Shown here one piece after another: positions 49,149 to 59,526 of a DNA stretch of 64,000 nucleotides. The stretch's first letter is position 1. Each line of letters begins with the position of its first letter. The translations under genes were made by a program, and so were the position numbers. The stretch spans positions 85,151 to 149,150 of the forward strand of contig CAZVIP010000002.1 in the NCBI GenBank assembly GCA_964627085.1, written 5' to 3'. Under the pieces are notes generated by a model that worked only from the letters and a program-made list of their open reading frames with translations, did not search any database and was not told where the DNA came from. The DNA comes from an uncultured Candidatus Saccharibacteria bacterium. GTDB taxonomy: Bacteria; Patescibacteriota; Minisyncoccia; Phycocordibacterales; CAIZLB01.

Positions 49149-49269
49149 ACAGAGAGCATACAGAATGACAGCTTAAATTCTCATCAATTATATATAAATA
49201 ACAAAATTGTTTTTGCTCAATTTAAACGAAAGCTCGAGTTGTTTTTTCCGTGAATAGATCCGCAAATTT

Positions 49270-50193
49270 TTACTCAACAAATTTGATACCGTTCTCCTCA
49301 TCAACCACATAATCCCCTACCTTTGTTCGAAAAATATCGTAAGCTATGGCACCTGTACCAAATATTTGGCCGAGCCAACACGCGAGACTTCTGACATAAA
49401 AGCCACTTGTACATTCAATTTCAAATTTTATGCTCATATATGCAGGTTCAGAATTTTCATCTTTTATACTCGAGGTATTTGTCTTCTCTTTTTCCCATGA
49501 AGAAATTATTTCATTTTGTCTAAAATCTCCCTTAATTTTTTGAGCAAAGTTTATTGATTCATGATAAATTTTTGATTTTGGAATAAAACGGATATCAAGG
49601 CAGGATATATTTTCAAGCGCAACTTCCTGTGTTGGTAATTTTAAATTTACTTCATCTAAACTATGGTCTTTTGAATATTGAAAAAGAGGCACTCCATCAA
49701 CTGGCTTTGAAGAAAAGAATGGATATGAAAGCGTAAAAGTACCAATGATATCTTTTATATATACCTGTAACGCCTCAATAAAATCTTTTTTAATTATCCG
49801 GTCACTTTCAATTAGGCTTTGATTATTCGAGATTTTTTCAAATATCGTCTTTAGATTCTGTTTAGTTGATCCAGAATTTACAATTTCTTGATGAGAATTT
49901 AATGTATGCCATGTTAAAAAAGTATTGCTCGGATAAATCACACCGAGCCGGTCGAAACTATCAGTACATACACCAAAAACAACCTCAAATTCATAGGTCT
50001 TCTTTAAATCTAGATAGGTAGATTTTTTGGTTATTTCCTCGTCTTTTAGGACGATAAGAAGCCCTCTGGCGAGTGGATCTAGCCTACCCGCATATGTGAA
50101 GCTGGATGAGTCAAAACCCCCTCCAAGGTGGCTTTTTAGGCGTCCTAGAGCCTCGAGACAGGTCTCTCCGGTGTTCTTGTATAATAAGTACAT
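49270..50193 (-). CDS. TruB-like tRNA pseudouridine synthase with a long C-terminal extension (start uncertain)
   Basis: TYAGRLDPLARGLLIVL..EEITKKSTYLDLKKTYEFEVVFGVCTDSFD matches the TruB catalytic motif (GTLDP.A.G.L....G.ATK......K.Y). The longest ORF would overlap the hisS start by 38 bp, so a downstream Met was chosen. Confidence 0.55.
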   Translation of the reverse strand: MYLLYKNTGETCLEALGRLKSHLGGGFDSSSFTYAGRLDPLARGLLIVLKDEEITKKSTYLDLKKTYEFEVVFGVCTDSFDRLGVIYPSNTFLTWHTLNSHQEIVNSGSTKQNLKTIFEKISNNQSLIESDRIIKKDFIEALQVYIKDIIGTFTLSYPFFSSKPVDGVPLFQYSKDHSLDEVNLKLPTQEVALENISCLDIRFIPKSKIYHESINFAQKIKGDFRQNEIISSWEKEKTNTSSIKDENSEPAYMSIKFEIECTSGFYVRSLACWLGQIFGTGAIAYDIFRTKVGDYVVDEENGIKFVE

Positions 50194-50215
50194 AGACGCT
50201 ACAATCATAACTATC

Positions 50216-51514
50216 ATGCAAATAAAGTCCACTATTAGCACAGAACCATACAAAGGTGTCAGGGATTTCTATCCTGAAGACCAATTTATCCAAGAGTATA
50301 TCTTTAGCGTCTGGAACAAGGCAGTACAGAGTTTTGGATTTGAATCATACAATGCATCTGTTATTGAACCTGCAGAATTGTACAAAGCAAAATCTGGCCA
50401 GGAAATTGTAAATGAACAGACATATACATTCATCGACCGTGGCGACAGAGAAGTAACACTTCGACCAGAGATGACACCTACAGTTGCAAGACTGGTTGCA
50501 GGACGCAGACGCGAGCTCGGCTTCCCTCTTCGCCTTTATTCTATTCCAAATGTATTTAGATATGAGAGACCACAGCGTGGACGACTACGAGAACACTGGC
50601 AGTTAAACGTCGACATGTTTGGTAGTAAGCATATCAGCAGTGACATAGAGATGATTGAGATTTCATCACATATTATGAAATCTTTCGGTGCAGACACGAG
50701 TGACTTCATTATCAAAATCAGTAGCCGAAAACTTCTCAACTCTATTTTTTCAGAGTGGTATTCATTTGATGAAGAAAAGTCACATGCTCTCAAGAAACTC
50801 ATAGACAGAAAATCAAAAATGCCCGAAGCAGATTTCTATGCTGAAGCAGAAAAAATCGCAGGTAAACCTTTTTCATTCCTTAATTTTGAAAACGATAACC
50901 CAGAGCTTAGTGAGGCATTCGCTTTCCCAAATATTAAATCTGCATATGACGAACTTCAATCTGTTATCACAAACCTCAAAGCAAAAGGCATCACAAACAT
51001 AGAATTCGATCAGACACTTATCCGTGGCTTTGATTACTATACCGGTATTATTTTCGAGGTATTCGATACTCACCCTGAAAACAATCGATCACTCTTTGGT
51101 GGTGGACGCTATGATGACTTACTTAAGCTCTTCGGTATTGATGATGTGCCAGCCTGCGGCTTTGGTATGGGTGATGTAACTATCGCCGATTTCCTCCGTA
51201 CACGTAATTTGCTCCCTGCCTACAAAGCAGCAGCTGACTTGATTGTCTGCCCCCTCTCTGAGGACTCACTCGAATATTCAAGCGGACTCTCAGCAGAACT
51301 ACGAGCCAAAGGTATACATACATGTACAAATAATTCCTTCAAGAATGTACGAGACCTATTCAAAACAGCTGAAAAACTCAAAATCAAATACTGCATCATT
51401 ATCGGTGAAGACGAAGTGAAAAACCAGCAATATAAAATAAAAGACCTAGAGACGGGTGCAGAATTTAGTAATGTGGATGAAATCTTGGGTACTATCCTGG
51501 AACTTAGAAAATAA
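50216..51514 (+). CDS. hisS: Histidyl-tRNA synthetase
   Basis: YKGVRDFYPED...RYERPQRGRLREHWQLNVDMFG...GGGRYDDL are class II aaRS/HisRS motifs 1-3 together with HisRS-specific signatures. TATAAT at 50180-50185 is a likely -10 element. Confidence 0.85.
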   Translation: MQIKSTISTEPYKGVRDFYPEDQFIQEYIFSVWNKAVQSFGFESYNASVIEPAELYKAKSGQEIVNEQTYTFIDRGDREVTLRPEMTPTVARLVAGRRRELGFPLRLYSIPNVFRYERPQRGRLREHWQLNVDMFGSKHISSDIEMIEISSHIMKSFGADTSDFIIKISSRKLLNSIFSEWYSFDEEKSHALKKLIDRKSKMPEADFYAEAEKIAGKPFSFLNFENDNPELSEAFAFPNIKSAYDELQSVITNLKAKGITNIEFDQTLIRGFDYYTGIIFEVFDTHPENNRSLFGGGRYDDLLKLFGIDDVPACGFGMGDVTIADFLRTRNLLPAYKAAADLIVCPLSEDSLEYSSGLSAELRAKGIHTCTNNSFKNVRDLFKTAEKLKIKYCIIIGEDEVKNQQYKIKDLETGAEFSNVDEILGTILELRK

Positions 51515-51559
51515 ATAAGTTACAATCTTCAGATAACTTTAGAATATTCACATTTATTT

Positions 51560-52135
51560 ATGCGTAAAATTGTACTCGATATAGAAACCAGAAATACATT
51601 TCAAGAAGTAGGTAAGGCTGATCCAACATTACTCGATATCTCTTTGGTATGTATTCATGATTCAGAAACTGATTCCTATACGAGTTATCTGCAAGAGGAT
51701 TTAATGAAACTCTGGCCAATTCTTGAGAGAGCAGATGTTTTAATCACTTTCAATGGTGACCATTTTGATATTCCCCTTCTCGACAAATACTATTCTGGTG
51801 ATCTCACAAAAATCAAAAGCTTAGACATTCTCAAAGAGGTTCGTAAAGCCATTGGCTTCCGTGTTGGTCTCGACAATATCGCCAGTGCTACTTTGGGCAA
51901 AGGTAAGATTGGCCACGGGCTCGAAGCAATTGATTGGTGGCGCGCAGGTGAAATAGATAAAATTATCAAATACTGTATCGGTGATGTTCAAATCACCAAA
52001 GAAGTATACGACTATGCAATTGCCAACAATACCCTTAAATACAAAGAGGGTGAACTTGCAATTGAATTCAAAATAGACACATCAGAATGGGAGAAAAAAG
52101 AAGACAAAACTATGACATTTAGTTTGCCATTTTAA
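51560..52135 (+). CDS. Predicted DEDD-type 3'-5' exonuclease (RNase H-like fold, PolB-exonuclease-like)
   Basis: LDIETRN (DxE), FNGDHFDIPLL and YCIGDV contain the conserved acidic residues. Confidence 0.5.
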   Translation: MRKIVLDIETRNTFQEVGKADPTLLDISLVCIHDSETDSYTSYLQEDLMKLWPILERADVLITFNGDHFDIPLLDKYYSGDLTKIKSLDILKEVRKAIGFRVGLDNIASATLGKGKIGHGLEAIDWWRAGEIDKIIKYCIGDVQITKEVYDYAIANNTLKYKEGELAIEFKIDTSEWEKKEDKTMTFSLPF

Positions 52136-52306
52136 TTCGCCGTTCTGTCTTTTTAATTGACAAAACATATAAATATTGTAGTATGTTTTTTGGACGCAGT
52201 GATGACTACATCAGCGCTCATTAACTTCAGTAAAAACCTACGGGAGCAATCCCAAAAACAATAAAGGGCATATGCCCAACACCGCACAGAAAGGCGGTTT
52301 TGAAAA

Positions 52307-52978
52307 ATGGACACATCGAAACTTGAGGCACGCAAACCAGAATTGCTTGCCTATATCAAAAACTGGCTAGAGATGGAGGGCTTACTCCAACCCGGCCATG
52401 AAGTCATTCTCTCCATCTCTGTGGTGCCGAGCACCGCACTGAAGATTGAGTTTGATAACGACTCAGAAATTGACACACTTATGGCAATGCCACTGAAGCA
52501 ATTTCTGCAAGAACACAGGGAGCAAGGCAATAGAAACTGGGCGGTTGTGGCTAGCTTGCTGGAAAGGACCCCTTGCCTGTCTTTACTTGGTCAACTTGTC
52601 AGGATGAGTGAAAGGGATTTCTTAAAGCACAGAAATGTTGGCAGGAAGTCACTGGAAGTTGTGAAGTCCTCTCTCCTGAAACTCAATCCCCGCCTATCAT
52701 TTGGACAAGAACATCTCAGAATGGGGTTGCTTGAAAAAGCGGCACTTGAGTCGATGCCAGTTACATGCGCACAGATTAATCTCAAGAGCTTCACAGGTGA
52801 CCCGTTACTAAAACTCGACACCCTTGGGGACGTCTGTTCTGCTACGCATGATGAACTAAAACGTGCTTTTCACGCAGTTCCTAAGTGGACTGACGCGGTT
52901 GAATTAACTGAATTTGAAAAGGAAATCAATAGGCTCCGATACGAAATCAAGTTTTTCAACCTAAAGCCCAACTTCTAA
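52307..52978 (+). CDS. GC-rich hypothetical protein with two RNA-polymerase-alpha-CTD-like helix-hairpin-helix motifs
   Basis: VRMSERDFLKHRNVGRKSLEVVKSSLLKL resembles the rpoA alpha-CTD segment SVRSANCLK...LLKTPNLGKKSLTEIKDVL. A second similar unit is LGDVCSATHDELKRAF. Confidence 0.4.
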   Translation: MDTSKLEARKPELLAYIKNWLEMEGLLQPGHEVILSISVVPSTALKIEFDNDSEIDTLMAMPLKQFLQEHREQGNRNWAVVASLLERTPCLSLLGQLVRMSERDFLKHRNVGRKSLEVVKSSLLKLNPRLSFGQEHLRMGLLEKAALESMPVTCAQINLKSFTGDPLLKLDTLGDVCSATHDELKRAFHAVPKWTDAVELTEFEKEINRLRYEIKFFNLKPNF

Positions 52979-53069
52979 CCCACTCAGGCACACATTCGAG
53001 GTGCCGCAGCAAACCGCTGCGGCACCTTTTTCGTTTCACTTTTATGCAAATTTGCTATACTGACATGTA

Positions 53070-53825
53070 ATGAACCATACAGAGTACAAGCAAACGAATA
53101 AGCAAAACATTTTAATACCAATTTCAATTTTGGTCGCCGGACTTTGCATAGCTGGAGCTATTTACATGAACAGAAGTTCGGTTCCTGCACAAACCGTTAC
53201 TATTCCAAATGAAAAGAAAATAAACATTGACGCCTTTGTCCCTGTATCTAAGAACGATCACATACTTGGGAACCTAGAGACAGCAGAAGTGGTTATCGTT
53301 GATTATTCTGACCTTGAATGTCCATACTGTAAAATACTTCACGAAAACCTTATGCAGGTTCACAAAGACTTTGAATTAAATCCAAAAGTGGCATGGGTGT
53401 ACAGACATTACCCTATGAGTTTCCACTCAAAAGCACCAAAAGAAGCTGAGGCTACAGAATGTGTCAATGAGCTCGGAGGTAATAAAGCATTCTGGGATTA
53501 TATTCATATGATTTATGCAAATACAGAATCAAACAATACGCTTGATTCAAAAAATCTTCCGCTCTTTGCCGAAAAAGTTGGTGTAGATAAAACTGCATTT
53601 GAAGCATGTCTCACTTCAGGTAAATATGCCACAAAAATAAAAGAGAGTTATGACAATGCACTCAAATTAACAAAAACTGAAATATCACCTTTCACAGTTA
53701 TTGTTGCGAAAGGTAAAGTCATTCCACTTGTTGATGAAGAAGGTCAAGGTTTCGGAGCAGGACTTCCATACCGCGCACTTAAATCATTAGTTGATCAATT
53801 CTTGAACTCTCCTGTGATTGAATAA
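53070..53825 (+). CDS. DsbA-family thiol:disulfide oxidoreductase, membrane-anchored
   Basis: There is an N-terminal TM. The thioredoxin active site is ECPYC, with a downstream cis-Pro region. Confidence 0.75.
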   Translation: MNHTEYKQTNKQNILIPISILVAGLCIAGAIYMNRSSVPAQTVTIPNEKKINIDAFVPVSKNDHILGNLETAEVVIVDYSDLECPYCKILHENLMQVHKDFELNPKVAWVYRHYPMSFHSKAPKEAEATECVNELGGNKAFWDYIHMIYANTESNNTLDSKNLPLFAEKVGVDKTAFEACLTSGKYATKIKESYDNALKLTKTEISPFTVIVAKGKVIPLVDEEGQGFGAGLPYRALKSLVDQFLNSPVIE

Positions 53826-53861
53826 TCCGCCCAGTCCCGCTTCGCCTAGGACCACCAAACC

Positions 53862-56800
53862 CTACTCCCCTAGTAAATAATTTTCAAAAGCTTGCACGGC
53901 CTCAAAGTCGTTTTTGAAATTCTGTTCTGCAATTTCTTTTGGGATATCAAATTCAAGGGCTTTGATTTTTCTATATACTGCTATGCAGAGTCGCTTTAGC
54001 CTATCCACTTCTTCATCTTCGAGTACGAGACTGGTACTCTGTATTCTTTTCTTACTTCGACCACTCTCACTATCAACATCTACATCTGCGTCACCCGATA
54101 CAGAACCACCAAAAGTTACAGGCTCGATAAAATCAATTGTTCCGCATATTACCTTTTTACCATACAGCTTCGCCTTCTCATCGTTTTGACCATTTCGATC
54201 AGCATGACTTGCAACATACACAGAATTTTCTAGTAATAATTTGTAGAAGAGGAGCTGATTCTTGTACTGATGTACTTTGAGTGCTTCATCAGATTTTGGA
54301 CTTTCAAAACTATCAAAAGCTCGCCCAGTCTTATAGTCGTACACAACCAGCCCATCGTCGGTGATAGTAACTTTGTCTATTTTTCCTGTGATAAAGACTT
54401 TTGCATTTACGCTTTCATTTAGGCTTTTGTTTGCACCTTCACCTGAGCCACCATTTTCATGATCATCTGATATAAGTATATGTTCGCGTGCAAAATCATA
54501 TTCCGGTATATCTGTCTCGCTAAACTCCCCTGCTTTTTGATTAAAGTACACACGGAGTGCATCCTGACCACGCTTAAGATGAATACGAAAATCATTAGGA
54601 TGCATTTTCTCTTTTTTCAAAAACAATTCAAATGTCTGCAACATATCATCAATCTTTGGTAGTACATGATTCTTTTTCAAATCATTGAGTGCGTATTCAA
54701 GTGTTGCATGAATAGCAGAACCATATGATCCTGGCAAAGATTTACTCTGCGGAAAACGGAGCAAATTTTGCTCAAAGAACAGACGAGGTCCACCCTTTGG
54801 TATATTTAAATAATTATTTAAATGCGTGACAGATAATTTGTAATTCTCTACAAGCCCTGCGAGAAGCGCTTCCTCTGTATCAATAAATGGTGCCGTGTGA
54901 TATGAAGTTGCCGCAGTCTCAAGTAGTTCACCAATGTCGAGCTGGGCTGAGCCTTCTCCGGCGGTAGTACCCGCACCAGAAATATTTACACCTGCGATAT
55001 CTACACCTACACCGACAACACTAGCAGTACCCTGTGCATCCGCACCCGTCTTGATAGTAGGTAATAAATCAACAAGGAACCTGAGTATGCTCGCTGGCTT
55101 ACCACTGTCTTTAACTTGATGTGAAGTTAGGTACAGTTGTTCACGTGCACGTGTCAGTGCAACGTAAAATAATCGGAGCTGATCGTCTTCGCTATCCCCC
55201 GCAGGTTCAATCGGCAAGTTCATCGGGAAAGAAATTTTTGATGGATGTGACCTCGATGCCCATTCATCATCTTGGCAAGAAAGTACAAAAACAACCTTGA
55301 ACTCCAAACCTTTTGACTTATGTGCGGACATAAGTTGAACAGCACTTCTTGCAGTGATAAACGGACTTTCATCATTTAATTTGAGGCCATTTTTCTCATA
55401 GACATCAACAAAACGAATAAGATCACTTGCATATAAAATCCTGAATCTGTTTGATGCATGTGCACTGTTTTGAGCAACAGAATCACCGGCTGTGGCCAAG
55501 GCACTATCTGATGCAGTGTTGCCTGCAGGAGCAGAATCACTTTCAAAACCATTAAATGACCGAAGTGAATTAATGAATACCCGCAAACTTGAGAGGAATG
55601 TTAAATATTCTGCGCGTGCATGAGTAAAGCGCTCATTTGAAAAATAATAATCTTTGAATGGACTGATGAAGTCCTTGGTATCAGTACATACTTTGTTATG
55701 ATTTTTGCCATCGCCTACAATAGCACCAGCGTTCTCACCTCCACGTGCAGTCGTAATTTCACCCACAGCATTTTCCAAATCCTCATCTTGATCTGTTGTG
55801 TCTGGCGTTAATTTAATATGAGCACCGACGAGTTTGTCGATAACACGCTCGAGTGGAAGGCTCTTGCTATCAACAGATAGGTTTATGAAAAAGAGTGCGA
55901 TGTCACGAATAAGCTGGCTATCATATTCATGCATGATTTCGAGCCATGTTTTTTTGTCACGTCTTGCAGCGAGAGATATTTTCCAGATATCAATGCGAGG
56001 TATATTCCAAAAAACAAAACTTAATATTTCTGGGAGCAGGTCATCGCGTACTGCGATATATTCCTCTGTATTAATACCAGAAGAAATAAAACGCATCATG
56101 GTTATGAGCTCGCGGATATGCGGCTCTGCAAAGACGCTTTGCTCCCGCTCATACTTAAGCGGAACTTGAGCAAGCTTCATAAATGGCACAAATTCCTCAA
56201 GCGTACCGTGCGTACGAGCAATTACCGCAATATCATTTGGCGACACACCTGCATCGATCAAAGATTTAATTTTATTAGAAACAAATTTATATTCATGCAG
56301 TGATGTCTCGTGCTCAGAATATTCAACAATATTATCCGCGGCGAGAGAGCGCGAAACTAATTCCTTTGATAAATCAGGGATTAAGTTTTCAAGTCGCTTT
56401 TCACCTTTGCGAATAATAGACATTGATAAATTCAAAATATCCTGTGTCGAGCGATAGTTCTCTGTCATTGTCACAAGCTCTACATCGGTAAATCTATGCC
56501 TAAAATCAAGGATATTTGAGAGTTCTGCGCCCTGGAATTTATAAATAGCCTGATCATCATCTCCTACCACCATGATGTTTGGTTTTCCTTCATGCTGTGC
56601 CGCACTTGTGAGAAGCGATAATATACGCATCTGGGCATTGTTTGTATCCTGGAATTCATCAACCAATAGATATTGAAATTGCTCCTGCAGTTCAAACATC
56701 AATCTTGGTTCATTACCAAGCGCTGATATCACATCCAAAATCATATCGTCAAAATCAAAATACCCTCTTCTGTATAATTCCGATTGATAATCTTGATAGA

Positions 56801-57698
56801 CATTTATGAATGAATATATCTTTTTCAGCTGAAGACGATCTCTAAAAACGTGATTACCCGCATCATCTTTTGGAAACCATTTCTTTTTCCATTCTGATAG
56901 TGATTCATTTTTTCCAGATGCTTCACACTTTGCAATTACCTCGGCCACTGACAAGGCAAATGATTCCTCAAGTGGGTGAAATATTGAGAATAATTTTTTA
57001 ACCTCTTCATTGTGCTCTCTTAGAGTTTGTTTTTTGGAGAAAAGCGCAAGCGCGGCACGCAGTTCATCCAGTGTACCCTTGCCGATTCTACTACTTATAA
57101 CAGGCACAAAAATGCTCTCGATTTGATCAAAGACCACTTCATTATCTGCAACAATGGCTTTGAGTTCGATTGGCCTGAGACCTGACTTTTTGACATGACC
57201 AATAGCACTCTGTGCTGACTTCAAAAAAGAATATCCCATCTCCGGATGATATGCTTTCAATGGATTATCATGATCCATTTTATTAAAAATTCTTTCCAGT
57301 AAATCTATCTGAGTGACCGGATCTGCAGGCGTAAAAGTGGCACTATGATAAAAAAACTCTCCATACTTTCGAATGATATCTACACAAAAATTATGAAATG
57401 TATGAATGCTGACCTGATATGCCCTGTCACCAATCAGACGCGCAAGTCTCTCGCGCATATTCTGTGCCGCAGAATCCGTAAAAGTTAAACATAAAATATT
57501 TGAAGGAAAAGCCTGTGTCGTCCTCAAAATCTGAGCTACACGCATACTCAAAATCTCTGTCTTACCTGAACCAGGCCCCGCAACCACAAGAAGCGGTCCA
57601 TCAACTGTATCGACCGCTTTGCGCTGGGCTTTATTTAATTTCTTATATCTATCACTAAAAATAGATTCAAAATCAGTAGTTTTTGCTTGTGCTGCCAT
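53862..57698 (-). CDS. AddA/UvrD-like ATP-dependent helicase fused to a C-terminal RecB-family (PD-(D/E)xK) nuclease domain
   Basis: The N-terminus LLVVAGPGSGKTEILSMRVAQIL is the UvrD motif I. LLVDEFQDTN is motif II. The C-terminus VVYDYKTG is the RecB nuclease D-Y-K motif. Low-complexity Ala/Gly/Ser insertions are present. Confidence 0.75.
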   Translation of the reverse strand: MAAQAKTTDFESIFSDRYKKLNKAQRKAVDTVDGPLLVVAGPGSGKTEILSMRVAQILRTTQAFPSNILCLTFTDSAAQNMRERLARLIGDRAYQVSIHTFHNFCVDIIRKYGEFFYHSATFTPADPVTQIDLLERIFNKMDHDNPLKAYHPEMGYSFLKSAQSAIGHVKKSGLRPIELKAIVADNEVVFDQIESIFVPVISSRIGKGTLDELRAALALFSKKQTLREHNEEVKKLFSIFHPLEESFALSVAEVIAKCEASGKNESLSEWKKKWFPKDDAGNHVFRDRLQLKKIYSFINVYQDYQSELYRRGYFDFDDMILDVISALGNEPRLMFELQEQFQYLLVDEFQDTNNAQMRILSLLTSAAQHEGKPNIMVVGDDDQAIYKFQGAELSNILDFRHRFTDVELVTMTENYRSTQDILNLSMSIIRKGEKRLENLIPDLSKELVSRSLAADNIVEYSEHETSLHEYKFVSNKIKSLIDAGVSPNDIAVIARTHGTLEEFVPFMKLAQVPLKYEREQSVFAEPHIRELITMMRFISSGINTEEYIAVRDDLLPEILSFVFWNIPRIDIWKISLAARRDKKTWLEIMHEYDSQLIRDIALFFINLSVDSKSLPLERVIDKLVGAHIKLTPDTTDQDEDLENAVGEITTARGGENAGAIVGDGKNHNKVCTDTKDFISPFKDYYFSNERFTHARAEYLTFLSSLRVFINSLRSFNGFESDSAPAGNTASDSALATAGDSVAQNSAHASNRFRILYASDLIRFVDVYEKNGLKLNDESPFITARSAVQLMSAHKSKGLEFKVVFVLSCQDDEWASRSHPSKISFPMNLPIEPAGDSEDDQLRLFYVALTRAREQLYLTSHQVKDSGKPASILRFLVDLLPTIKTGADAQGTASVVGVGVDIAGVNISGAGTTAGEGSAQLDIGELLETAATSYHTAPFIDTEEALLAGLVENYKLSVTHLNNYLNIPKGGPRLFFEQNLLRFPQSKSLPGSYGSAIHATLEYALNDLKKNHVLPKIDDMLQTFELFLKKEKMHPNDFRIHLKRGQDALRVYFNQKAGEFSETDIPEYDFAREHILISDDHENGGSGEGANKSLNESVNAKVFITGKIDKVTITDDGLVVYDYKTGRAFDSFESPKSDEALKVHQYKNQLLFYKLLLENSVYVASHADRNGQNDEKAKLYGKKVICGTIDFIEPVTFGGSVSGDADVDVDSESGRSKKRIQSTSLVLEDEEVDRLKRLCIAVYRKIKALEFDIPKEIAEQNFKNDFEAVQAFENYLLGE

Positions 57699-57732
57699 TT
57701 GATTATTATACTTGGCAACGGCTTATATATCT

Positions 57733-57785
57733 TGTTGACATCAATGATTTTATATTTTATTATCAAAATCGAATTCGTTCATTTC
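57733..57785 (+). promoter_or_regulatory. Conserved promoter/operator copy 1: TTGACA, 17 bp spacer, TATTAT, plus a downstream CGAATTCG palindrome
   Basis: This matches the region at 59418-59469 at 51 of 53 positions, including the consensus -35 and -10 hexamers and the 8 bp palindrome cgaattcg. It lies 71 nt upstream of the ATG at 57857. Confidence 0.55.
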
Positions 57786-57856
57786 ACCCACCAGTTCACG
57801 CTGTTTCAACACTTGATTCAGCAAACCCAACAACAAAATAGAAAGATACCCCACCT

Positions 57857-58471
57857 GTGAATGATTTACCCTCATCCCTCAAAATGGAGATTTGGTTCAT
57901 TGTTAATTTTCTCGAACGTTTTGCGAACTTTACACAGAAAACAATCGGCATCACATGCTTCGGGCTTGCCCGATTGTGTATGATTTTCTCTGTCTCGAGC
58001 TCTATAATCGCGATTATATTTGCAGTGATCCGTCCTGTTATCAAATATCCAAACCTCGCTGTCTATTCCATAATCCCATTTCTTATTCTTGTAATAATGA
58101 TTTTGTCCGGGTATTCATTTTTAACAGAAATCACCCCGATATCACTAAAAACAAGAATTACCTTTGGTTACAAGGCCATGCAGTGTGGCATGAAAAATCC
58201 ATTCATGATTATCCCTAGATTTAGTTTATGTGGTGCACTTCCTGCATTTGTCCTAAAGTGCTACTTCGTATCCACTGGTGATTGGCGTATAATTTTACTG
58301 AATATCCACCAAATGGAAGTGTATTGGCTTGCGGTAGCATTCTCATCGTGCACCCCAAGTGATTGTGGAAAATCACTACTTGGTAAAGGCTTTGATCGGG
58401 CCAAGAAAACCCTGTCATCCTTGGCTCCTGGCAAACACGCTGATCCGATCGCAGAACCAAGCCCTGCGTAA
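57857..58471 (+). CDS. Membrane protein, paralog A (hypothetical, 3-4 TM helices, Cys-containing C-terminal region)
   Basis: It shares its architecture and motifs (NPFMIIPRF, EVYWLAVAFSSCTPSD) with the 59527-60150 product (NPYMIMGRK, ETYWVAVALSCCTPDHP). Confidence 0.5.
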   Translation: MNDLPSSLKMEIWFIVNFLERFANFTQKTIGITCFGLARLCMIFSVSSSIIAIIFAVIRPVIKYPNLAVYSIIPFLILVIMILSGYSFLTEITPISLKTRITFGYKAMQCGMKNPFMIIPRFSLCGALPAFVLKCYFVSTGDWRIILLNIHQMEVYWLAVAFSSCTPSDCGKSLLGKGFDRAKKTLSSLAPGKHADPIAEPSPA

Positions 58472-58504
58472 ATCTCTAGCACTGAACCTATTCATCAACC
58501 ATCA

Positions 58505-58538
58505 ACGGCCTCCGGACTTAACTCCGGAGGCCGTTTTA
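58505..58538 (+). terminator. Intrinsic terminator: acggcctccgg-acttaact-ccggaggccgt followed by ttta
   Basis: An 11 bp perfect stem. Confidence 0.6.
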
Positions 58539-58635
58539 CCTATTTGATCCAAACCAAATTCAAGCCAGTGCAAAAACCTACACATATAATATGTAAGCCG
58601 CCCGATGCATCATGTGCATCGGGCGGTAAATCAAA

Positions 58636-59310
58636 TCAGGACGAGACCAAGGCAAAACCTTTCTGGTTAAGAATATCGGCTATGACATCGCACTGTGCCT
58701 TTTTCAGACATTGCCATCTCCAAGAACAAAGTGATTCGATTGACTCCTTAGTCAAACCTGAGTCCACTGCTCTCTTGAAAAGTGTCCTAAAGGCAACAAT
58801 ATCCTTCAGACTTACTACAAAATTCCAGGCCGAGCTATATACCCACGATTCATTTCTAACACTTTCTTCGAAGAGGACTTTCCCCAAAGTATCTGCAAAT
58901 ACATGAATCGGTCTTTCATACATGTGCAGACGCCAGCAAAAGTCACCTTGAACATAGTCAACTTCCTCGCGGGCGAGTTTCCAGTAAACTTCTCTAATTT
59001 CACTTTCCAAGAGTAAATTGGATTGCAAAAGTCCTGAAGTCTTGGCTATATCTCGGGTAGGTTTTTGCATAAGCATCTCCCTTTTGAGCTCGAATGCCCG
59101 TTTATCACACGCATACAATCGCTTCAATGCATATGCCTCGATGTCGATGGTCTTATTCCTCGCAAAGCTTTTTCGGCCTTGCCAATGCTTAGTTCCACCT
59201 GTTCTAAACATTTGCCTTAGGTCTGCAGCGTTTACATCCAGGACGAATTCATCGTCCGGGAATCGAGGAGCAAGCTTTCTCCTCTTTACTTTCGCTTTCT
59301 TTTTCTTCAT
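58636..59310 (-). CDS. Hypothetical basic protein (224 aa) lying between the two paralogs
   Basis: The N-terminus is Lys-rich (MKKKKAKVKRRK). No recognisable motif. Confidence 0.4.
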   Translation of the reverse strand: MKKKKAKVKRRKLAPRFPDDEFVLDVNAADLRQMFRTGGTKHWQGRKSFARNKTIDIEAYALKRLYACDKRAFELKREMLMQKPTRDIAKTSGLLQSNLLLESEIREVYWKLAREEVDYVQGDFCWRLHMYERPIHVFADTLGKVLFEESVRNESWVYSSAWNFVVSLKDIVAFRTLFKRAVDSGLTKESIESLCSWRWQCLKKAQCDVIADILNQKGFALVSS

Positions 59311-59417
59311 CTGAGTAAAGGGGTTAAAGGTTGAATTGAAAAGAATTTGTTATTCCAAAGACAATATATAGTTTCCTATGCCCACCGTCAACGTTCTGCT
59401 TTGCATATACGATATAG

Positions 59418-59469
59418 TTGACATCAGTAATTTTATATTTTATTATCAAAATCGAATTCGTTCATTTCA
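59418..59469 (+). promoter_or_regulatory. Conserved promoter/operator copy 2: TTGACA, 17 bp spacer, TATTAT, plus a CGAATTCG palindrome
   Basis: See copy 1. It lies 57 nt upstream of the ATG at 59527. Confidence 0.55.
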
Positions 59470-59526
59470 ATAGGTGCACCGTCCCGCACCACCATCTCAC
59501 AGACCCTAACCCCAACCCAAAGCAGT

